Made by a program: the position numbers and the translations under genes | Part shown: in pieces, positions 51,220 through 61,818 of the stretch | Layout of the letters: each line of letters begins with the position of its first letter | Position numbering within the stretch: position 1 is the stretch's first letter | Source: Lytechinus pictus | Lineage: Eukaryota | Reading direction: 5' to 3' | DNA length: 64,000 bases | NCBI RefSeq assembly: GCF_037042905.1 | Contig: NC_087245.1 | Coordinates: forward strand, 28,334,001 to 28,398,000 | Notes under the pieces: model-generated | Database searches by the model: none | What the model was told of the DNA's origin: nothing | Seen by the model: the letters and a program-made list of their open reading frames with translations, nothing else

Positions 51220-52130
51220 ATAGATACTAATGTCATCGGACAACTGTAAATTGTGTTTTAAAAATGACTGATACTGTAAAAATGAAGTCTTCCATATCTT
51301 TCCTCTAGTATTGACTGATAAAAATTCCTGACGATGTTTCATCGATACTCAGGCATTCATACATTTTTTTAATCATAAACAGACAAGAAAATTGAATGGA
51401 GATACAACACGTTTCATCATGAAATTGACCTTTATCATTATTGAAAGACTTGTAAAATAAACATGATAAATATTATACCAAACCCGTGTTTTCATATAGC
51501 ATTACTTTTTCATACACTACTACATAATTTTTAAACAATTACTGAAAGAGAAAAGGAGAGAATGTGATATTATGGGTTGAGATATTTTAGATTTATAAAT
51601 AGAGGGGGGGGGGTGGGTGGGGAAAAGGAGACTCCAAATAATTATTGGAGTGAGCATGGTGAAAGAAAATAGGGGAGAGAGATGCATGGGAAACTATTAT
51701 GTGTGTGAAGTGCTACAGACAGAAGCTTGAAAGGAGAAAGAGGGACGAGCCAGAGAAGCCTAGAGAACTGAAGAGAGAGAGAGTGCGATATCAATAAATA
51801 GACACATGAGAGATTGGGAGTAGAAAGATCATGAAGATAATTATATAGAGAGGAAGAGTGATGAATATATTAAAGAGTGAGAGAGAGATGGAAGGGGAAA
51901 GGATGGGGTTGTTACAATAGCAATATAATGAGGTAAATTGTTATAGTATCTACCCCCATCCCCATCGTCCCAATGCTCAAGTGATTGGATCGACGGACAT
52001 ATATTCCTTTAAAACACATCTTAAAAACATGCTCATCCCCCTCATCCTGATTATTGTTGTTAGCAACGCCTCCATCATTTTTCTCCTCAATCAATCCCTT
52101 AGCCCCTGTTTGAGTTTAGGTTATCTTTAA

Positions 52131-52305
52131 AGAGATGGCCCACCTAATGAATATTCATGACGACTGTTTTCACAAAATATTGATAAACTTTAAAATTAAA
52201 TAACTTTGTTATTTTTTTCCGATTTTTAAGAAATCTTCAGCATTTTGCTGAGTGAATTCTACTCTATTTATTAAGCTATAAATATTTTCAGCCTGGACCA
52301 CCCCT
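52131..52305. mobile_element. Internally deleted family-B TTAA MITE
   Basis: TTAA|AGAGATGG joined to the right arm of the element seen at 62257-63426. Confidence 0.85.
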
Positions 52306-54353
52306 TTAAGTTATTTTCCTTATTGGTTTACATTTTGTTGATTTTTCTTTTTTAGTCCCCCTATTGCTTTTAATCAAATTTTGTTTTTATTATCATATTG
52401 TATTTTGTTACTTTCACCAATATTGTATGTTTTTATTATTTAATTGATATGATTTTGTGCTTTTGTCATTATCATGTTTGATTGTATATTGTACTTTTTA
52501 TTTTTTGTGTGTATGGACCCCTACGAAAAACAGAATTTGCTGATAGAGTGTTCCATCCCACTAGTGGAAAATAAATATATACATAATACATAAAAAATGA
52601 ATGATATGAATGTAACTTACATCTGGTACATATCTCGAGGTGAGGTGAGTCATTGGCCGGTCTGCTTGGAGTTTGCCACGATTTTGTCGGAAAGAGTCCG
52701 CTCCCAGTACATGCCCGCCAAAAATTACATAGATTGCAGCTTTCTCCTATTATAGGCCTATGTAGCGAAGTGTCTGGCGTATCTAACATATTTTGGAAAT
52801 AGATCACCCAGAGTGGAACAAGATTTATGATCAGCATAGGGAATGCCAATGGTAATTGTACACAGTCTTGACAGTTGGCTGAAGACTTTCTCGCTGGAAC
52901 ACTGAGTTGCATGGGTTTACACGTACTCACCCAATACGTCTTTAATCAATCCAGGCATTCCCACTGATGCTTTTCACAAAGTAGTCTGGACTCTGGGGTG
53001 AGCAATTATAATCATTCCCCATGGAAGCTTACATCCATTTGACTTTAACTGATTTCTCTCCTTTCATCTTTAAACCCTTCTGAATACAATCTCATTAAAA
53101 TTCTCTGAGCTACTCTACTACTCTCATATATACAAAATTCCCATTAAAATTACTTCTTTTATTCTACTCCCGAACCCTCTTTACAAATTAATTTCCCAAA
53201 CTGAACATCATCCACAGCTATAGGCTAAATTTTCAATCACATACAAAAAAAGTATTAATACCCTACAAAGATCTGAAGTTCATTAACTTGGTTACCAGCA
53301 AAACCGAAATTCTTTTCTTGAATGCTAGCATTGACTCTCCAATTCAATCTTAACTAAGCCAGTCAACTTAACCCTACATACACTCTAAAAATATTGAGTA
53401 AAATTGCTCCATGAGGGTAATTATGTGTCCAACCAACATTGGGCATTTCTTTTGGGCATTTCTATTTATTCAGTGTGATGACTGAAAATGTTGCCCATTC
53501 TAAATAACCATACTGGCTTCCCACATTGAGTAAAATACTGCCTTACATCGATTGGGCACATATTATTTGTGATGCCCGGGCACCATGGCCCTGCGAAGCG
53601 GGGGGGGGGGGGGGGGGTCGGGGAGTGCTGAAGCACCCCAAAAATATAGTTGGGGATTCTGCGTGTACAATTTTCCATAGGCAGCACCCCCAGGTATTCT
53701 GAAAGATGTGTAAAATTGGGAAAAAGGTAACCAAGAAGACCTTCATTTTGTAGTGAAACCCCCTTATTTTTGCTTTTCAAATTTACATCAGCACCCCTGT
53801 CAAAAATCGTTCCCAGGGCCCTGCCGGGCACGCGGTTACGTAATAACGCAACATTATGTAAGTACATGTCAGACCAAAAATAAAAACTTAATATTTACAA
53901 AGTCAATACAAAATCTCTTTCATCTAAAATTCACAAATGAGTGAACATTCTCACTTGATTGTCAATAGTCATTTAAAATGATACTATTTATGACTTGAAT
54001 AATGTCACGGATGATATTTGTCGAAAAAAAAACAATAAAAGATTGAAAAAACAAAGAAATAAATATGAAAAATAATTTCATTAGCGTAATTTTTGGCTTG
54101 TAGTTGTGAGGAATGCCACAAAGAATATTTTCACAAAAAATTAGCTTTCTAGGAGTGAGTTAGAGCAAAGAGTATGATTAATAAATAATTCATATAAAAA
54201 GAAATATATGATAATTTATTTACGTATATGCAGTGGTGTAGATTATGTCATCCTCTACCTTCGTGCTGTTTTCGTCGTGATCGCTCGATCCGCGGCGCCG
54301 AGATCTTAAGGGGGGCTCTACAGGATATCCGAAGTTGACGTAATACCACCCGA

Positions 54354-56849
54354 CATGGGCGGAAATCCCAGGGGGGACAGGGGAAGCGCCCCCCTTCCAT
54401 TTTGGAAAGGGGGGGGGGACATAATATCAAATGTCCCCCCTACTATTTGTGGTCTTTTATTATAGAAAAAATAAATAATTCAAAATCGAAGTTATACACA
54501 TGTATCCTCGAATTTCGAAATATATATAAACAAATAGTTTTTGTTTTAAGAACTTGGTTAGGAAAAGAAAAGGCATACCGGCCCGATAATTCTCGAACTC
54601 GCATCTAGCCCTATATGCCAGCCAAAGAGTAATGACATTAATGACATCGATGGCCATTGTCAATTTCATAACTAATAAAAATGAAAATCGCCCCTGGATA
54701 CTTATAAGTAAATTTAGTGCATAGATAGTAGACGAGAATGTTCCATACCCCGTAAAAACATACCCTTGTTAAACCAATTCATTATCCCTTTATTCCAAAT
54801 TTACTTGGAATATATTTTCATAGTTCGCGTACTCAGTAAAAAGAATAGTTTTCATGAGTTATGATTAATCCTTCGCAGTGAATTTTGACTATGTTTAATC
54901 CCCCAAATTTTTTTTAGATACTCTATTAACGAGACTTTTATATTCCATTTTATACAAAATTCTTGCCGTGGGAGGGGTCATCATAGGTAGATCAAGGGGG
55001 CGAAGCGGCGGCCCACCCCCTATTGGCGGCGCAAAATAGGAAAGTGAGGAGAAAATTAAGAAAGATATGACGAGGAAGAAAATCAAATGATGGAAGGGGA
55101 GGGGAATAATTAAAAAAAAAAAAGAATTTCAGGTCATAGTATAAAAATACAAAAATTCGCTCTCGCTTTGGCATAATACACAGCCATCTCTTTATTTCAA
55201 AACGTGCTTAATTTTTTTTTACTTTTTAGATCGAAATATATAAACTCAAATTATTTATTTAGGAAGATATCCGTCTTTTCATAATTTGTAGGTTTAAATC
55301 TTTAAAAAAGCTCACGCTTTGCGCTCGCATTGCTTATTAGGATAAACTGCTTGTTCTTTATTTCAAAAGTGCTTGAAAGATCCAGTTTTCAGATCTGAAT
55401 ATAAAAAAATTATTTCGCGCTTCGCGCTCGCATCAGTAATATGGTTGAGTCAGATACTATCCTGTTTATTGCTATAAGGTAAAAGAAGATGACTTTTTTG
55501 GTCGGAAAAAAATAATATAGGATACGCTTCGCGCTCACATTAATTAAAATTTAGTTAGATAGCTACCATGTCCTTGATTTTAAAGTATGCTAATAATACA
55601 AATTTTTAGGCCAGAAATGACATATCTTCAGCACACACTTCGCGCTCGAATCTGATATTTTCTAGTTAAATTCCTATCCTGTTCATGATTTGAAAATCTG
55701 TTACGATTGTCCAGTTTTTAGGTTGGAAAATACAAACTTAGGCTCGCGCTTCGCGCCCGCATTAATTGTTTAGATTCCTATCTTGTTCATAATATAAAAA
55801 AAATACTAAGAATGTCCAGTATTTAGGTTGGGAAATCAAAAACTTTCACCCCTTGCTTCGCGGTCGCATTGTTTAGATTCCTATCCTGTTCATAATTTTT
55901 TTTTAAGTACTAAGAATGTCTAGTTTTTAGGTTGGAAAATCAAAAACTTTCAGCTCGCGCTTCGCGCTCGCATTAATTGATTAGTTCCTATCCTGTTCAT
56001 ATTATTTTTAAGATGCTATGAATGTCCAGTTTTTAGGTTGGAAAATAAAAAACCTTCAGCTCGCGCTGGCATTCATTCTTTAGATTCATATTCCGTTCAT
56101 TATTAAGTGCTAAGAATATCCAGTTTTTAGATTGGAAAATTAAAAACTTTCAGCTCGCGCTTCCCGCTCGCATTAATTGTTTAGATTCATATCCTGTTCA
56201 TATTCTTTTTAAAGTGCTATGAATGTCCAGTTTTTAGGTTGGAAAATCAAAAACTTTCAGCTCGCGCTCGCATTCATTCTTTACATTCATATTCCGTTCA
56301 TTATTAAGTGCTAAGAATGTCCAGTTTTTAGGTTGGAAAATCAAAAACTTTCAGCTCGCGCTTCCCGCTCGCATTAATTGTTTAGATTCATATTCTTTTT
56401 AAAATGCTATGAATGTCCAGTATTTAGGTTGGAAAATCAAAAATTTTCAGCTCGCGCTCGCGTCTATTGTTTAGTTAAATTCCTATCCTGTTCAGGATTT
56501 GAAAAAGTGTTACGAATGTCTAGTTTGGAAATCAAATACTTTCAGCTCGCGCTTGCATTAATGGTTTAGGTAGGTTCGAATCTAGTTCATGGTCACAAAT
56601 AATGTTCAGAATGTTCAATTTTCAGGTCACAATTTATGAAATATCAACATATTAGGGCTCGCGCTTCGCGCTCGCATTATTTATTGAGGCCTTTCATATT
56701 TAGTTAGGAATACCTACCCTCTTCGAAATATATATATAAATATATATATATGTATGTGTGTGTTTGTTTGAGTTAGTAATTCTGTAGAACATAAAAACGG
56801 AAAACTCAATTGTGTCCCACCTACCTTCAAGGAGAGATTTCCGCTCATG
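54354..56849. mobile_element. Non-autonomous hAT-type element upstream of Trf gene 5
   Basis: TIR CATGGGCGGAAATC...GATTTCCGCTCATG; 8-bp TSD CCACCCGA/CCACTCGG of a site that is single (CCACCCGG) before genes 1-3. Confidence 0.85.
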
Positions 56850-57327
56850 CCACTCGGTACCATGCACTCTCTTAAACAATAAGCAATAAATTTATGCAAA
56901 TGAAAGTTGACCAGGTCTGATCATGGTTTGATATTGAAAAGAGCAACCAGGTGAGCATTTCATGAAACAATAAAGTCAGTGATTTCCACTGACAAGTGTT
57001 ATAAGCTACTGAAATCCTTGCATCTGATTGGCTTAGAGCAAATTTGTCAAGGGAAAAACCATTGACAACGTACCTTCATGAAACGTTCCCCCGGTAAATA
57101 ACAAACTAAAAAAGCAATAAAATGATTCAACCAGGTAATACCTGGAAAAGCCGGTCACGGTTTGGTACGAGGGCGGTTCTCGTCAGGGAGTGAAAGTGTA
57201 TAAATACAGTGAGCTATAACATAATTTAATCAGGTTTGGAGCTGATCTTGTCATCCTGATAAGCTATCAATTTACACGGAAAGAATTCAAACTTGCGGGA
57301 CTGGAGTGATACCCCCAATACGTCAAC

Positions 57328-59097
57328 ATGGAGTTGAAAGCAACTGTGATCCTTGCTATCCTGGCTACACTTGCTGTGTCAGGTAAGCCTTCATATTTGT
57401 ATTTCAATCATCTGAAGGTATTATTACAAGATAATATTTTGATTTTCGCAATTCATTGATAGAAATCATAACTATTTCTATTTTGTTTGTTAAAGGAGGA
57501 ATAACACTTTATATCATTATCAATCACCACTGCTGTATTAATGGGGCACCTAAACGTTCCGTGACCATGCAAAATTTTCAATACGAGAAAGAAAGAAAAG
57601 GAGTGCAATATGATTTTATTTTCTAAATGTAAAAATCTGTAACAAATTCAAATTTTCATTTTAGAAGGTCAAAATTTTCCCTCGCGATTTTCAAAAATAA
57701 TTCCCCATACGCAAGGTTTTTATGTGTCATTATTATCATTATTATTTTGGGAAGGGGGTGATTATGTCTTTGTCAAAAGTTGTAACTTGTAATTCAACAA
57801 TAATCATGATTTTCAGTATTCTGATTTTGTTGGGGGCGTTGCTAATACAAAAGAAAATTGCCTATGTCAAATGGTTTATATCCTAAAATCTGTCAAATAT
57901 CTTCAAGTTTAATATGACTATACATGAATAGTGTCACATCGAACCAAACAAACGATGAAAATCTTATTGTTCTTATAAATTCGGACTATAAGAACTAAAT
58001 CATCATAAATCTTTAATTACATAAAATCTATATGAAATATCAGACATAGCAAGATATAGTTCTAGGCTACTTATTGGTAAAATGAACATTGTAAAAAAAT
58101 ATATATTTAACAGAAACATTCTTACAACAGTGTCACATCGGAAATAGTTCATATCATTGGAATCCTGAAAGGCTTAAGAAACTAATAAATTAATAGAAAT
58201 TATTAAGTTTTCTGTACATTTTCCTCTTTTACAGCCAATGCACGAAGAGATGATCGTGGAGGTATGGGGACTGGGAGAGAGAGGGGAGAGGGTCGTTTCG
58301 GAGGAAGGCCTGACGGAGTGCCAATGGGCGGGCCAAGGCGAGGAGATGGTGGAGTGATGGATGGAAGGAGGTTTGATGGCCCCAGGTTGGGGCTTGGTGC
58401 CCCTCAGATGGACCAACGAAGACAATTTGGTGGTCCGATGGGTGGTGGAAGAAGATCTGACGGTCCTTTCCGTGGCTCCAGACCTGAAGGAGTTGGAAGA
58501 CCTTTCTTCGGTCAAGACGGAACCAGACGTGATGGTGGAGAAGAAGAAACCGCAGATGCCTCCAAAGAGTCCAAATCAATCTTTGATCGTTTTGGACTGG
58601 CTCCGATTTCTAGAGGACAATCACGAGGTCGGGGTCGTCTTCAGGATCAAGGAGAAGGTCAGCATAACGACAGCAGCGAAGAGGATGGAGGTCATCGTCA
58701 CCATCGCTACCACCCCCACCATCATCACCACCGTCATAATCATACTGAAGGCCACCGCCCTCACAACAAGACGGGAGATTACCCACATCGTCATCACAAC
58801 AAGACCGGAGACGGGGATTGGGACAGACCAAGATTTCAGATGAGGCCTTTCCGGTTCTTCAAAAACTTGCCATTTGGAAGACACAACCGATCCGAGGAAG
58901 GATCTCACGGACATGATGGCCGCCACCATCCCTTTGGCAACCGAGGACGCTGGGGATCACATGAAAGCGAGGAGGAAGAGGAGCAGCAGCAGCAGGAGTC
59001 AACAACTAGGGAAAATGCAACCCCATCTTCCCCATCAGAAGTGATAACACCATCCTCCCAACCGGAAGTGATTGAGATTGCAATCAATGACAATTAA
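57328..59097 (+). CDS. Trf: Transformer gene 5, 305 aa
   Basis: Exon 1 57328-57382 (MELKATVILAILATLAVS), 852-nt intron, exon 2 58235-59097; earlier TAA. Confidence 0.95.
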
Positions 59098-60683
59098 ATA
59101 GATACTAATGTCACCGGACAACTGTAAATTGTGTTTTAAAAATGACTAATACTGTAAAAATGAAGTCTTCCATATCTTTCCTCTAGTATTGACTGATAAC
59201 CTGACGATGTTTCATCGATTCTCAGGTATCTATATATTTTTTAATCATAAACAGACAAGAAAATTGAATGGAGATACAAAACGTTTCATCATGAAATTGA
59301 CCTTTATCATTATTGAAAGACTTGTAAAATAAACATGATAAATATCATACCAAACTCATGTTCTTTCATAGCATGTTTACTATTTCATACACTTCTAGAT
59401 ATTTTTTAAATAATTACTGAAAGAGAAAAGGAGAGAATGTGATATTATGGGTTGAGATATTTTAGATTTATATAGAGAGGGGGGGGGGGGTGGGTGGGGA
59501 AAAGGAGACTCCAAATAATTATTCGAGTGAGCATGGTGAAAGAAAATAGGGGAGAGAGATGCATGGGGAAACTATTATGTGTGTGAAGTGCTACAGACAG
59601 AAGCTTGAAAGGAGAAAGAGGGACGAGCCAGAAAAGCCTAGAGAACTGAAGAGAGAGAGTGCGATATCAATAAATAGACACATGAGAGATTGGGAGTAGA
59701 AAGATCATGAAGATATATAGAGAGGAAGAGTGATGGATATATTGAAGAGTGAGAGAGAGATGGAAGGGGAAAGGATGGGGTTGTTACTATAGCAATATAA
59801 TGAGGTAAATTGTTACAGTATCTACCCCCATCCCCATCGTCCCAATGCTCAAGTGATCGGATCGACGGCCATATATTCCTTTAAAACACATCTTAAAAAC
59901 ATGGTCATCCCCCCTCATCCTGATTATTGATGTTAGCAACGCCTCCATCATTTCCCTCCTCAATCAATCCCTTAGCCCCTGCTTGAGTTTAGGTTATCTT
60001 TAAGTTATTTTCCTTATTGTTTTACATTTTGTTAGTTTTTTTTTAAATCCCCCTATTGCTTTTAATCATACTTTGTTTTTATTATCATATTGTATTTTGT
60101 TGATTTCACCAATATTGTATGTTTTTATGATTTGATTCATATGATTTTGTGCTTTTGTCATTACCATGTTTGATTGTGTATTGTACTTTTTATTTTGTGT
60201 GTTTATGGACCCCTACGAAAAACAGCATTTGCTGATAGAGTGTTCCATCCCACTCGTGGAAAATAAATATATAAATAAATACATAAAAAATAAATGATAT
60301 GAATGTAACTTACATCTGGTACATATCTCGAGGTGGGGTGAGTCATTGGCCGGTCTGCTTGGAGTTTGCCACGATGTTGTCGGAAAGAGTCCGCTCCCAG
60401 TACATGCCCGCCAGAATTACATAGATTGCAGCTTTCTCCTATATATAGGCCTATGTAGGGATGTGTCTGGCGTATTTAACACCTTTTGGAAATAGATCAC
60501 CCAGAGTGGAACAAGATTTATAATCAGCATATAGGGAATGTCAATGGTAATTGTACACAGGCTTGACAGTTGGCTGAAGACTTTCTCGCTGGAACACTGA
60601 GTTGCATGGGTTTACACGTACTCACCCAATACGTCTTTAATTATTCCAGGCATTCCCACTGATGCTTTTCACAAAGTAGTCTG

Positions 60684-60994
60684 GGGCCGATTGCACGAAA
60701 GGGTCTTTCCAAGGACCGTCTTTCGTGTCGCCCATCTTTTATGATGCGCTATAAGCGGGGTGTTTCTGAAATTTATGATAAACAAATAAAATTCGTAAGC
60801 TTGCTTTTAAATCAAATTTTATACAATTTCATGAGATATCACATCATTTTATAAACAAATATTTTGTTTATTTTAACGGACAAATAAAATATATTTGCAG
60901 ATAATTTATTTGAAATGCGTTTTACATGGCGTATCATAAAAGATGGGCGACACGAAAGACGGTCCTTGGAAAGACCCTTTCGTGCAATCGGCCC
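60684..60994. mobile_element. Young PIF/Harbinger-like MITE
   Basis: ~60-bp perfect TIR starting GGGCCGATTGCACGAAAGGG; 3-bp TSD CTG; empty site in the other spacers. Confidence 0.9.
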
Positions 60995-61818
60995 CTGGAC
61001 TCTGGGGTGAGCAATTATAATCATTCCCCATGGAAGCTTACATCCATTTGACTTTAACTTATTTCTCTCATTTCATCTTTAAACCCTTCTGAATACAATC
61101 TCATTAAAATTCTCTGAGCTACTCCACTACTCTCATATATACAAAATTCCCATTAAAATTACTTCTTTTATTCTACTCCCGAACCCTCTTTACAAATTAA
61201 TTTCCCAAACTGAACATCATCCACAGCTATAGGCTACATTATCAATCACATACAAAACAAACAGTATTAAGTACCCTACAAAGATCTGAAGTTTATTAAC
61301 TTGGTTACCAGCAAAACCGAAATTCTTTTCTTAAATGCTAATATTAACTCTCCCATCCAATCTTAACTAAGCCAGTCAACTTAACCCTATATACACTTTA
61401 AAAGTATTGTGTAAAATTGCTCCATGAGGGTGATTATGTGTCAAACCAACATTGGGTATTTCTTTTGGGCATTTTTATCTATTCAGTGTGATGACTGAAA
61501 ATTTTGCCCATTCTAAATAACCATACTGGCTTCCCACATTGAGTAAAATACTGCCCCACATTGATTGGGCACATATTATTTGTGATGCCCGGGCACCAAG
61601 TCCCTGGGAAGCGGGGGTGGGGGTCGGGGAGTGCTGAAGCACCCCAAAAATATAGTTGGGGATTCTGCGTGTACTATTTTCCATAGGCAGCACCCCCAGG
61701 TATTCTGAAAGATGTGTAAAATTGGGAAAAAGGGTAACCAAAAAGACCTTCATTTTGTAGTGAAACCCCCTTATTTTTGCTTTTCAAATTAACATCAGCA
61801 CCCCCAGTCAAAAATCGT

